A DNA stretch of 61,073 nt, counting the filler. It is 9 parts of 9 records of this genome, joined end to end, with 100 filler letters (N's around TTAATTAATTAA, not from the genome) between each part and the next. Parts side by side here need not be neighbours in the genome. Positions count along the whole stretch, not along the records: positions 26,413 to 36,017 come from SRR31156797_61829; positions 36,118 to 42,182 come from SRR31156797_61911; 7 more parts are not named here. One strand, written 5' to 3'. The notes below the pieces were generated by a model. That model was not told the DNA's origin and did no database searches. It saw nothing but the letters and a program-made list of their open reading frames with translations. Position numbers and translations under genes: made by a program. Position 1 is the stretch's first letter, and each line of letters begins with the position of its first letter. Positions 29,074-39,036 of the stretch are shown piece by piece.

Positions 29074-31314
29074 TTAAGATTTACCCTCGCCGTCCTTTTC
29101 TTCATCGGACTTCTTCTTTTTCGAGGGCTTTTCCTCTCCGGGCAGGGGCTTGGCGTTCCGGCATTTCGGGAATCCCGTACAGGCCAGGAAGGGACCTCTC
29201 CGGCCCATCTTCACCTCCATGGGCTTGCCGCATTCGTCGCAGTCCCTTTCGATCTTAGGCAGCTCGACGGGCTTGCCGTCCTTGTCCACGCTCATGGTGG
29301 TTTTGCACTCGGGGTACTTCGAACAGGCGAGGAATTCCTTGCCGAAGCGGGACTTCTTCAAAACCATATTGCTGCCGCACTCGGGACAGGCCACCGCCTC
29401 GGCGGGCTCGGCGCCCTCATCCTCGCTCTTCTCGCCGGGCATGGGGATCAGCCCCTTGCACTCGGGGTAGGTGGAACAGCCCAGAAAGGCTCCGTTCACC
29501 GAATAGCGGACCACCAGAGGGCTTTCGCAAAGGGGGCATTTCTCATCGCCGTCCCAGGGCCGGCCCTTGAGTGCCTCGGCATCCTTCAGGGCCTTCTCCA
29601 GTTTGGCATCGAAGGGCTTGTAGAAGTTGTCGATAAGGGCGACCCAATCGGTCCTGCCCTGCTCCACATCGTCCAGGCCGCTCTCCATACCGGCGGTAAA
29701 CTTCAGGTCCATGATATCTTCAAAGTTAGCGACCAGGATATCGTTCACAGCCATCCCCAGCTCGGAGGCATGGAAGGAGCGGTTCTCAAGGCGGACATAG
29801 CCCCTGTCATTGATAGTTTTGATGATGGGGGCGTAGGTAGAGGGACGTCCGATCCCTTCCTTTTCCAGGGCCTTGACCAGCGAGGCCTCGGAAAAACGGG
29901 AGGGGGGCTTGGTGAAGTTCTGGGTCACATCCAGATTGTCCAGATCCAGGGGATCTTCGGCCTTCACATCGGGGAGGTCCTGGTACTTGCCGGCCTCCTT
30001 CTTCCTGTCGCTCTCGGAGACGAGGACGGTATGACCGGGGAAACGGACGATCCTTCCCTTGGCCTCCAGCTCGGCCTCGCCCGCCCCTATGGTCACGGTG
30101 GTGATGTCGTAGCGTGCGGGGGGCATCTGGGAGGCCACGAAGCGGCGCCATATCAGCTCGTAGAGGCGGTACTGGTCCCGGGTCAGATAGGGTTTGACCT
30201 TCTCGGGGGTCAGCTCCACCGAACTGGGGCGGATCGCCTCGTGGGCGTCCTGGGCGTTCTTGCCCGTGGCGTAGTTCTGAGGTTTCTCGGGCAGGTACTC
30301 CTTGTCGAAGTTGGCCTCGATATAGCCGCGCACCTCGTCGATCGCCTCGGGGGCGATCCGGGTGGAGTCGGTTCTCATATAGGTGATAAGCCCCTGGGTG
30401 GTGCCGTCGATCTCCATACCCTCATAGAGCTTCTGGGCCACGCTCATGGTCTTGGTGGTACCGAAGTTGAGATAGGTGCTGGCCGCCTGCTGGAGGGTGG
30501 AGGTGATATAGGGGGGACTGGGGCGGCCCTTGGCCTCCCTGGTCTCTATGCCCGCTACCTTCAGGTCATGGGAGCGCACATGCTCGGCCACCACGGCAGA
30601 GGATTCTTCGTTGGAAGCGGCGGGATTGCCCAGCTCGAACTTCTTCCCCTGCCAGCGGACAAGGGCCGCCTCGAAGGCGTCCTTCTTCTTCTCGGGGGGA
30701 GAGACGAGGGCCTTGATCTTCCAGAACTCTTCGGGGACGAAGGCCTGGATCTCGCGCTCACGCTCCACGACGATCCTCACGGCCACCGACTGCACCCGTC
30801 CGGCGCTGAGGTTCTTGGCCACCTTCTTCCAGAGGAAGGGAGAAAGGCTGAAACCCACGAGCCGGTCCAGGACCCGGCGGCCCTGCTGGGCGTTGACCCG
30901 GTCCATGTCGATCTCCCGGGGATTCTCCAGGGCCTGGAGAACGGCGCGCTTGGTAATGGCCGAATAGGTGACCCTGTGGGCCTCCTCGTCCTTGAGTTCG
31001 AGGGCTTCCTTCAGGTGCCAGGCGATGGCCTCCCCCTCGCGGTCGGGGTCGGGAGCCAGATAGACTTCATCCGCCTTTGCTGCGGCGTCCTTGAGTTCCT
31101 GAACGGTCTTTTCCTTACCTTTGATGATGGTGTAATCGGGCTTGTAGTCATGCTCCAGGTCGATGCCCAGCGCCTTCTTGCCGCGGCCGCTGCTTTTCAG
31201 GTCGCGGATATGCCCCACCGAGGCTTTTACGGTAAAATCCTTACCGAGAATTTTTTTAATTGTTTTTGCTTTTGCCGGGCTCTCCACGATCAAAAGCTTC
31301 TTTGTAGCAGCCAA
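29074..31314 (-). CDS. topA: DNA topoisomerase I with C-terminal Zn ribbons
   Basis: IVESPAK, DPDREGE, SAGRVQS, LITYMRTDS and AHEAIRP motifs; three Cys4 ribbons; TTG start with GGAGG. Confidence 0.96.
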   Translation of the reverse strand: MAATKKLLIVESPAKAKTIKKILGKDFTVKASVGHIRDLKSSGRGKKALGIDLEHDYKPDYTIIKGKEKTVQELKDAAAKADEVYLAPDPDREGEAIAWHLKEALELKDEEAHRVTYSAITKRAVLQALENPREIDMDRVNAQQGRRVLDRLVGFSLSPFLWKKVAKNLSAGRVQSVAVRIVVEREREIQAFVPEEFWKIKALVSPPEKKKDAFEAALVRWQGKKFELGNPAASNEESSAVVAEHVRSHDLKVAGIETREAKGRPSPPYITSTLQQAASTYLNFGTTKTMSVAQKLYEGMEIDGTTQGLITYMRTDSTRIAPEAIDEVRGYIEANFDKEYLPEKPQNYATGKNAQDAHEAIRPSSVELTPEKVKPYLTRDQYRLYELIWRRFVASQMPPARYDITTVTIGAGEAELEAKGRIVRFPGHTVLVSESDRKKEAGKYQDLPDVKAEDPLDLDNLDVTQNFTKPPSRFSEASLVKALEKEGIGRPSTYAPIIKTINDRGYVRLENRSFHASELGMAVNDILVANFEDIMDLKFTAGMESGLDDVEQGRTDWVALIDNFYKPFDAKLEKALKDAEALKGRPWDGDEKCPLCESPLVVRYSVNGAFLGCSTYPECKGLIPMPGEKSEDEGAEPAEAVACPECGSNMVLKKSRFGKEFLACSKYPECKTTMSVDKDGKPVELPKIERDCDECGKPMEVKMGRRGPFLACTGFPKCRNAKPLPGEEKPSKKKKSDEEKDGEGKS

Positions 31315-31448
31315 AAATGCCTCCCAAAAGGTATAAAATGTCAAGACCTTGGGTAAATAAATAATCAAGGATGTTTAGCTTGTCAAGTTCTGTTTTTTCA
31401 TTATCCCGCCCTCTTGTACCGAATAAGCGGGCTCTTTAAGATGAAAAA

Positions 31449-32990
31449 ATGGGCAGAACAGAGATCAATATCAAGCTGAAAACAGACTATGACGGGACCG
31501 ATGTGGACCGGATCGTCCGCAGGGAAACGGGCCTGAGAGATTTCCGCTGGGAGATTATCAGGAAGAGCCTGGACAGCCGCCGCAAGGACAGCATCCGCTG
31601 GCAGATAAGACTCCGCGTCGAGTCCCCCTCCCTCCCCGGCGACAGCTGCGCCGACCCTCCCGCGCTCGGGATTCCGCGCTTAAGAAGCGGCCGGAGGATA
31701 CTGATCGCCGGCTCGGGGCCGGCGGGCATCTTCTCCGCCCTCTACCTGCAGAGGGCGGGGCTGAAGGTGACCCTGCTGGAACGGGGACCCGAAGTCAGGG
31801 CCAGGCAGAGGGATATCGAGGCCTTCGAGAGGGACGGCCGGCCCGTGGGGAGCGGGAACTACAGCTTCGGCGAGGGCGGAGCCGGTACCTTCTCAGACGG
31901 AAAGCTCACCTCCCGGAGCAAGCACATTAAGAAGGAAAGGCGTTACATCCTCTCCGAGTTCGTCAGGCACGGCGCGCCGGAGGAGATCCTCTATCTGGCC
32001 CATCCCCATATCGGCAGCGACAACCTCGTCCCCATAGCCGAGAGCATGAGGCGCAGCCTCCTGGAGACGGGGGGAGAGATCCTGTTCGATACGGCCCTGG
32101 AGGACCTCGTCATCACTGACGGCGTTCTGAAGGCGGCGGTCACGGACAGGGGAGAGCTGGAAGCCGATCATTTCATCCTGGCCACGGGCCACTCGGCCCT
32201 GGACAGCCTCCGCATGTACATCCGCCGGGGCATCCCTTACAGGGCCAAGAACTTCGCCCTGGGATTCCGCATGGAGCATAAACAGGAGCTTATCAATCGC
32301 GTCCAGTGGGGAGTCCCCGCCCTCCCCGGAGTGAAGGCGGCAGAGTACAGGCTGACATCCAGCGCCGCCGGGCTTCCCGTTTACAGCTTCTGCATGTGCC
32401 CCGGAGGGAGGATCGTCCCCGCCGCCCCCTTTCCCGGACGCAATATCGTCAACGGCATGAGTTTTTTCGCCAGGGACGGGGAGTTCGCCAACGCCGCCAT
32501 AGTCGCCGGCATCTCGCCCGGGCTCATCGGGAATGGGGACGAAAACGCCCTTTACAGCCTGGACTGGCTGGAAAGAATGGAGGAAGCCTTCTACCGGGAG
32601 GCCGGCGACAGCTACCGGGCCCCCGCCATGAGGATAGCCGACTTTATCGGCGGGAAGAGCACGGGAGACCTTCAGCCCAGCTCCTACCCCCTGCCCCTCG
32701 TCCCCTCCGATCTCGGCTCCCTGCTCCCCTCCCCGGTCTCCGAGGCCCTGAAACAGGGACTGGGAGACCTGTGCCGCCGGCTTCCGGGCTGGGAGAAAGG
32801 GCAGCTTCTGGGACTGGAAAGCAAGACCTCATCGCCCGTGCAGGTCCTCCGCGACAGAGACAGCGGCCTGACCGAAGGGATGAGCAACCTGTTTATCTGC
32901 GGAGAGGCATCGGGCTGGTCGGGGGGGATCATCAGCTCCGCTTCGGACGGTCTGAAAGCAGCCCTATCCATTGCCGGATCCCTGGCCTGA
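31449..32990 (+). CDS. NAD(P)/FAD-dependent oxidoreductase
   Basis: GSGPAG Rossmann motif; GEGGAGTFSDGKL and SFCMCPGG motifs. Confidence 0.85.
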   Translation: MGRTEINIKLKTDYDGTDVDRIVRRETGLRDFRWEIIRKSLDSRRKDSIRWQIRLRVESPSLPGDSCADPPALGIPRLRSGRRILIAGSGPAGIFSALYLQRAGLKVTLLERGPEVRARQRDIEAFERDGRPVGSGNYSFGEGGAGTFSDGKLTSRSKHIKKERRYILSEFVRHGAPEEILYLAHPHIGSDNLVPIAESMRRSLLETGGEILFDTALEDLVITDGVLKAAVTDRGELEADHFILATGHSALDSLRMYIRRGIPYRAKNFALGFRMEHKQELINRVQWGVPALPGVKAAEYRLTSSAAGLPVYSFCMCPGGRIVPAAPFPGRNIVNGMSFFARDGEFANAAIVAGISPGLIGNGDENALYSLDWLERMEEAFYREAGDSYRAPAMRIADFIGGKSTGDLQPSSYPLPLVPSDLGSLLPSPVSEALKQGLGDLCRRLPGWEKGQLLGLESKTSSPVQVLRDRDSGLTEGMSNLFICGEASGWSGGIISSASDGLKAALSIAGSLA

Positions 32991-33092
32991 AGCCGGGAAA
33001 AGTCGGTGCTCAGCCCCTCCCTTCCGGAGCCGAAAGGCTCTTTCCCGAAGGTTTTACTTGAAATGAGCCTCCCCTGCTGATACGATTGTCCT

Positions 33093-34607
33093 ATGAAGAC
33101 AATGCAAGACATATTCAAGGATATTCCCACCCTGGACAGCAGGGGAGATCTGAACCGCGAGATCAGCTCTCTGGAATATGATTCAAGACAGGTAGAAAAG
33201 GGTTCTCTCTTCTTTGCTCTTGAGGGGATCCATACGGATGGACATAAATACATAGATCAGGCCGTTCAGCGGGGCGCTGCGGGCATCGTGCTTTCTCAGG
33301 AACCTGATCACTATATCGAGGGCGTACCCTATATAAGGGTGAGGAACAGCCGCGCCGCCCTCTCGCCCGCTTCAGCGGCCTTCTACGATAATCCTTCCCA
33401 CAGGATGAAGGTCATCGGCGTGACCGGTACGGACGGAAAGAGCACGACCGTCTCTTTTATCCATCAGCTCCTGCAGATGGAGGATAAAAAGGCGGGCTTC
33501 CTATCCACCGTTCAGTACCAGAGCGGCGACAGCCCCCAATCCAATCCCTATCGCCAGTCCACTCCCGAGGCCAATATTATCCACAGGATACTGAAGGAGA
33601 TGGAGGACGGCGGTATCAGATACGCCGTGCTTGAGGCCACGAGCCACGGCCTTTCCGAGAAGAACGCCCGCCTGGCGGATGTTCAGTTCGACGCGGCCGT
33701 ACTGACCAACGTCACCCACGAGCACCTGGAGTTCCACGGCACCGTCGAGCAGTACAGGCTGGACAAGGCCAATCTGTTCAAGATGATCGCCGATGCCGAA
33801 TCGGAAGACGCCTTCGGAGTGGTGAACGACGACGATCAGTGGTCCGAGATCTACATGGACGCGGTGGGAGAGAAGCCGGTTTTCCTCTACAGCCTGAAGG
33901 ACAAGGACGCCGATCTGTGGTGCAGCGACTACAAGACCGACGAAAAGGGAATCGCCTTTACCCTCCATGTTCCCAACGGGAAAAAGGAAACCCGCCTGAA
34001 CATGCCCGGCCTCTTCAATGTGGAGAACGCCATGGCCGCCCTTCTCACAGTTTCCGAGCTCCTGGAAGAGGATGTCCTGGAGATGGCCGGCCATCTGCCC
34101 CGGCTGGTCGGCGTGGACGGCAGAATGGCTCCCGTCACAGGGGATATGCCCTTCTCCGTGATGGTGGATTACGCCCATACTCCGGGCTCCTTCGAGAAGC
34201 TGCTCCCCCTGATCCGCAGCGACGTGAAAGGCCGCCTCATCATCCTTTTCGGCTCGGCGGGAGAAAGGGACATCGAAAAACGCTCCGAACAGGGAGAGAT
34301 CGCTGACGACTACGCGGACATCATCATCCTGAGCGACGAAGATCCCCGCGGGGACGATCCCATGGATATCCTGAACGACATCGCCGAGGGGATCACTTCA
34401 AAGGATCCCGGCGAGAACCTCTTTCTGATCCCGGATCGTAAGGAAGGAATGGCGAAGGCGGTGGAATTGGCGCGGGAGGGAGATATGATCCTTGCTCTGG
34501 GCAAGGGGCATGAGAGCTCTATCATCTACGAAGACGGCCCCCGTCCCTGGAACGAAAGGAAAATGCTGATGGAAGCCCTGACCGAGGCCGGCTACAAGCC
34601 GGACTGA
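33093..34607 (+). CDS. murE: UDP-MurNAc-tripeptide ligase MurE
   Basis: GTDGKST, EATSHGL, HEHLEFH, DYAHTP, DEDPR and GKGHE motifs. Confidence 0.93.
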   Translation: MKTMQDIFKDIPTLDSRGDLNREISSLEYDSRQVEKGSLFFALEGIHTDGHKYIDQAVQRGAAGIVLSQEPDHYIEGVPYIRVRNSRAALSPASAAFYDNPSHRMKVIGVTGTDGKSTTVSFIHQLLQMEDKKAGFLSTVQYQSGDSPQSNPYRQSTPEANIIHRILKEMEDGGIRYAVLEATSHGLSEKNARLADVQFDAAVLTNVTHEHLEFHGTVEQYRLDKANLFKMIADAESEDAFGVVNDDDQWSEIYMDAVGEKPVFLYSLKDKDADLWCSDYKTDEKGIAFTLHVPNGKKETRLNMPGLFNVENAMAALLTVSELLEEDVLEMAGHLPRLVGVDGRMAPVTGDMPFSVMVDYAHTPGSFEKLLPLIRSDVKGRLIILFGSAGERDIEKRSEQGEIADDYADIIILSDEDPRGDDPMDILNDIAEGITSKDPGENLFLIPDRKEGMAKAVELAREGDMILALGKGHESSIIYEDGPRPWNERKMLMEALTEAGYKPD

Positions 34608-34625
34608 CGCGATTCCTTACTGTGC

Positions 34626-34670
34626 AAAAAAATAGGCTCTCCCCGAAGAATCACCGGGGGAGCCTTTTTT
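34626..34670. terminator. Bidirectional intrinsic terminator between murE and DUF212
   Basis: A-run, AGGCTCTCCCC...GGGGGAGCCT stem, T-run, between convergent genes. Confidence 0.8.
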
Positions 34671-34740
34671 GTCGGTCGTTAAGGCCGCTTGGAGACCTGC
34701 GCCATGCTTTGGATCAGCGCGGAAGCCCTCCCGAAGGGGA

Positions 34741-35196
34741 TCAGATGGCCAGACTGCCCATGCAGGCGTAGCCCACGAGGATACCCACCAGGGTACCCAT
34801 GAGGACCTGGGGATAGGTATGGCCCAGCAGGGTTTTCAGGGCCTTGGGGGAGTCCCCTTCTTCAAAGAGATGGGACAGCTCGGTAACCAGGCTGTTCAGG
34901 ATCTCCGCATGCTTTCCCGCGGCCCTCCTAACGCCTGTGGCATCGTATATAACAATGGAGCCGAAGACGACGGCGAGGGCAAAGTAAGGGCTCTGAACCC
35001 CGTATTCCAGCCCGATGGACGTAGCCAGAGACGCAACGGCCGCGGAATGGGATGATGGCATGCCTCCTGTCTCGGTCAGCCTGTCCATGGCGAGACGGCG
35101 TTCCAGCAGCAGAATAAGCACAACCTTGGCGATCTGCGCCACCAGCATCCCCATAAACGCCGAAAAGATAAGGGGATTGTAAGTGAAAATATTCAT
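34741..35196 (-). CDS. Divergent PAP2 family protein (DUF212)
   Basis: GGMPSSHSA, YDATGVRR and LLGHT motifs; SD GGAGG. Confidence 0.9.
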   Translation of the reverse strand: MNIFTYNPLIFSAFMGMLVAQIAKVVLILLLERRLAMDRLTETGGMPSSHSAAVASLATSIGLEYGVQSPYFALAVVFGSIVIYDATGVRRAAGKHAEILNSLVTELSHLFEEGDSPKALKTLLGHTYPQVLMGTLVGILVGYACMGSLAI

Positions 35197-35322
35197 GAAT
35201 CCTCCGGATTCGGGGGGATGGGTATTTCTGACGAACATCGGCACCCCCATATCTATAGTCTCATACATTAGCATGACTGGGATGGCTTGAGAAGGCCCAC
35301 TTAATCATGTATCCTTGTAGTC

Positions 35323-36017
35323 ATGAATAAAACATCCGTAGCTCTTCTATACGGGGGACGTTCGGGAGAACACGAGGTCTCCCTGCGATCGGCGGCTTCC
35401 GTCTACAAACATCTGGATAAAGAGAAATACTATGTCCATCTGATCGGCATAAGCAGGCAGGGAGTCTGGTATCTCCAGCCGACCCCCAATACGGTCGAGG
35501 ACATCCTGGATATCGAGGAAGATTCCCAGCATATGATCAGCATCGTGCCCGGCAAGGGCTTAAGCTCCTATACGGGCCCCATAGCCGTGGACGTGGTCCT
35601 TCCCATTCTTCACGGCACCTTCGGAGAGGACGGCACCCTACAGGGGCTCCTGGAGCAGGCGGATCTCCCCTATGCCGGAGCCGATACGGGCAGCAGCTAT
35701 TTGAGCATGGACAAAGATATAGCCAAGATCATCTGGCAGCATCACGGCCTCCCGGTCGTCCCCTTCCGCAGCCTCAGAAAGAAAGAGTGGGAAGAGGAGT
35801 CCTTTTCCTGGAGCGCTCTGACGGCGGATCTTGAAAGGGAGTTCGGCTTCCCCCTGTTCGTCAAACCCTCCCAATGCGGCTCGTCCGTCGGCGTTTCCCG
35901 GGCGGAGGATGAAAAGTCGCTGCGGACGGCTGTGGAGGAGGCGTTCCGTTTCGACGCCAAGATCCTTATCGAACCGGCCGTCAACGCCAGGGAGGTGGAG
36001 TGTTCGGTACTGGGCAA
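35323..36017 (+). CDS. ddl: D-alanine--D-alanine ligase (3'-truncated)
   Basis: GGRSGEHEVSL, LHGTFGEDGTLQG, PLFVKP and GSSVGV motifs. Confidence 0.95.
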
Positions 36018-36117
36018 NNNNNNNNNNNNNNNNNNNNNNNNNNNNNNNNNNNNNNNNNNNNTTAATTAATTAANNNNNNNNNNNNNNNNNNNNNNNNNNN
36101 NNNNNNNNNNNNNNNNN
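36018..36117. other. Artificial contig-joining spacer
   Basis: N-run + TTAATTAATTAA + N-run. Confidence 0.97.
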
Positions 36118-36118
36118 G

Positions 36119-36853
36119 GTGGGGTTTGCCATTTCCTGGAAGGCCATTGAGCCAAAGCTCTCCCGCATCGATCCCATCAAGGGATTTGCCCAGAAATTCA
36201 CGTCCAGGGCCCTGATGGAGTTTGTCAAGAGCATCCTGAAGATCATCATCATATTTGCGGTTTCTTACAAGGTCGTCAAATCGGAGCTTACAGACATCAT
36301 AATGCTCTATGACCACGGTGTGGCGGCGATTATGATTTATATCCTCAAGGTCGCCTTTGAAATTTTCATCAAGGTGCTGATGGTGATGGTGGTTCTGGCC
36401 GTCCTGGATTATGCCTTCCAGAAGTGGAAGTTCCTGGAGGATCAGAAGATGACCAAGCAGGAGGTCAAGGACGAGCACAAGCAGACCGAGGGTGACCCCC
36501 AGGTGAAATCCAGGATCCGCCAGCTCCAGGCCGAGGCGGCCCGGAAACGGATGATGGCCGATGTCCCGGCGGCGGACGTGGTCGTGACAAACCCCACCCG
36601 TCTGGCCGTTGCCATCAAGTATGACGGTATGACCATGGAGGCCCCCACGATTGTGGCCAAGGGCGCCGGGGCCGTTGCCGCCAATATTCGAAGAATTGCC
36701 CGGGAAAATGACGTTCCTTTGGTGGAGAACAAAATCTTGGCCCGAAATTTGTATAAGATGGTGGAGGTAGGGCAGGAGGTCCCGTCGGAACTGTTCCAGG
36801 CCGTGGCCGAACTCCTTGCCCATGTGTACAGACTGAAGGGAAAGACCCTTTGA
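36119..36853 (+). CDS. flhB: Flagellar export protein FlhB (5'-truncated)
   Basis: KMTKQEVKDEHKQTEGDP, TNPTR and VAKGAG motifs. Confidence 0.95.
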   Translation: MGFAISWKAIEPKLSRIDPIKGFAQKFTSRALMEFVKSILKIIIIFAVSYKVVKSELTDIIMLYDHGVAAIMIYILKVAFEIFIKVLMVMVVLAVLDYAFQKWKFLEDQKMTKQEVKDEHKQTEGDPQVKSRIRQLQAEAARKRMMADVPAADVVVTNPTRLAVAIKYDGMTMEAPTIVAKGAGAVAANIRRIARENDVPLVENKILARNLYKMVEVGQEVPSELFQAVAELLAHVYRLKGKTL

Positions 36854-36936
36854 CGGTGAGTGTCAACCTTTTGGCGCCAGCGTCAAATAACGGTCGTTTT
36901 TTCATGAAACAACGGATGATTTTTAACGAGGATTGA

Positions 36937-39036
36937 ATGGCAGCTGAACAGACAGGGATATTAGCAGGCCTACGGAGCGAAGCTTCTGACGTTGCAATGA
37001 TCGTTGCATTGATTGGTATTCTCATGGCCATGATTTTGCCGCTTCCGCCAACGCTTCTTGATTTCTTCCTGGCCCTGAGCATCACTTTTGCCGTGATCGT
37101 GCTCATCACCACCATGTACACCAAGGCTCCCCTTGATTTTTTCATCTTTCCATCCATGCTGCTGATGCTGACCCTGTTCCGACTCTCGTTGAACGTTGCG
37201 TCCACCCGGCTGATCCTTCTCCACGGAAGCGAAGGCCCCCGGGCCGCGGGCTCCATTATCATGAGCTTCGGCAGCTTTGTGGTCGGGGGAAACTATGTGG
37301 TGGGAATGATCATCTTTATCATCCTGGTCCTGATCAACTTCATGGTCATCACCAAGGGTGCGGGACGAATCGCGGAGGTGGCTGCGCGGTTTACCCTGGA
37401 CGCCATGCCCGGAAAGCAGATGGCCATCGATGCCGACCTCAACGCCGGCATGATCGATGAGGTGGAGGCCGGTGAGCGGCGTAAGGCTGTTGCAAAGGAA
37501 TCCGAGTTCCACGGCGCCATGGACGGTGCCAGCAAGTTTGTAAGGGGAGATGCCGTTGCAGGTATCATCATCACCATGATCAACATCGCCGGCGGGATTG
37601 TCATCGGCGTGGTCCAGCAGGGCATGCCCGTGGGCGAGGCGCTCACCAATTATACCCTGCTCACCGTCGGCGACGGCCTGGTCTCCCAGATACCGGCCCT
37701 GCTCATCTCAACCGCGGCTGGTATTCTTGTTTCGCGATCCGGGTCTGAAAACCGGATGGGACAAGAGTTCGTGGCCCACCTGCTCTCCAGCACCACCCCG
37801 GTTTACGTGGGATCGGTGATCATCTTCTGCTTTGGGCTTGTGCCCGGCCTTCCCGCCTTTCCGTTCATGACCCTGGCCCTGCTCCTGGGAGGGGGGTGCT
37901 GGTACTTTATCGGCAGGCCCGGGGCCGAGGTCGAAGAGATGGAGCCCGGCGCCGCAGCCGAGGCCGAAGAGGGGGCAGACCCAGGGGCTCCCGAAGAGGT
38001 GGATCATCTGTTGACCCTGGATACCATCGAGCTCGAGGTCGGGTACGGGCTCATCCCCCTGGTGGACAAACAGCAGGACGGTATCCTGCTTGGCAGAATC
38101 CGGGCCATACGGCGGCAGTTTGCAAGTGAGATGGGCATTATTATCCCACCCATTCATATCCGGGACAATCTCAAGCTGAATCCGGCCCAGTACCGGGTCA
38201 TGATCAAGGGGGTTGAAGCGGGCGGGAGCGAACTCATGGTCAATCACCTTCTGGCAATGGATCCGGGGGGAACGGCCCAGGAGATCGAGGGTATCCCCAC
38301 CACCGAGCCGGCGTTCAATCTGCCTGCCCTGTGGATTCCCCAGGACCAGGAGGACGCGGCCAAGTTTGCCGGATACACCGTGGTTGACAACTCAACGGTC
38401 ATTGCCACCCATCTCACCGAGATCATTCGGAACAATGCCTACGATCTCCTTGGCCGGCAGGAAGTGCAGTACCTGCTCGACAACCTTGCCAAGACAAGTC
38501 CGAAGGCCGTGGAAGAGCTTGTGCCGAATCTTCTTTCCGTGGGAATCGTGCAGAAGGTGCTTCAAAATCTGCTGCGGGAGAGGGTTTCCATCCGGAATCT
38601 TCTCACCATTGTGGAGACCCTGGCCGATTACGCGCCCATGGGCAAGGATCCGGATCTGTTGACCGAATATGCAAGGCAGAGAATCGCCAAGGGCATGCTT
38701 GCCCCCTTTGTGGGGGAGGGCAAGACCCTTCCGGTGATCATCCTGGACCGAAACGTCGAGGAGCTGCTTGGAAAGAACATAAAACACACGGAGCATGGGG
38801 CATACCTTGCCGTTGATCCCAAGATTGCAGAGCAGATCATCGCCTCAGTATCGGCTGAGGTGGAAAAACAGCTTGCCATGGATGTGCAGCCTGTTATTAT
38901 GTGCTCCCCGGGGTTGAGGCGTCATCTCAGGAAGTTGCTTGAACATGCCCTGCCGTCGGTATTTGTGGTATCCCATGCGGAAATCGTGGATGACATTAAT
39001 TTGCAGGCAGGCGGAAAGGTTAAATTGAAACAATGA
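36937..39036 (+). CDS. flhA: Flagellar export protein FlhA
   Basis: RIAEVAARFTLDAMPGKQMAIDADL and GAMDGASKFVRGDA motifs. Confidence 0.97.
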   Translation: MAAEQTGILAGLRSEASDVAMIVALIGILMAMILPLPPTLLDFFLALSITFAVIVLITTMYTKAPLDFFIFPSMLLMLTLFRLSLNVASTRLILLHGSEGPRAAGSIIMSFGSFVVGGNYVVGMIIFIILVLINFMVITKGAGRIAEVAARFTLDAMPGKQMAIDADLNAGMIDEVEAGERRKAVAKESEFHGAMDGASKFVRGDAVAGIIITMINIAGGIVIGVVQQGMPVGEALTNYTLLTVGDGLVSQIPALLISTAAGILVSRSGSENRMGQEFVAHLLSSTTPVYVGSVIIFCFGLVPGLPAFPFMTLALLLGGGCWYFIGRPGAEVEEMEPGAAAEAEEGADPGAPEEVDHLLTLDTIELEVGYGLIPLVDKQQDGILLGRIRAIRRQFASEMGIIIPPIHIRDNLKLNPAQYRVMIKGVEAGGSELMVNHLLAMDPGGTAQEIEGIPTTEPAFNLPALWIPQDQEDAAKFAGYTVVDNSTVIATHLTEIIRNNAYDLLGRQEVQYLLDNLAKTSPKAVEELVPNLLSVGIVQKVLQNLLRERVSIRNLLTIVETLADYAPMGKDPDLLTEYARQRIAKGMLAPFVGEGKTLPVIILDRNVEELLGKNIKHTEHGAYLAVDPKIAEQIIASVSAEVEKQLAMDVQPVIMCSPGLRRHLRKLLEHALPSVFVVSHAEIVDDINLQAGGKVKLKQ

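Noticed and set aside
26682-31356. Very long plus-strand ORFs (759 and 766 aa)
   Set aside because: They are antisense shadows of ftsH and topA, caused by GC-rich codon bias, and carry no motifs.
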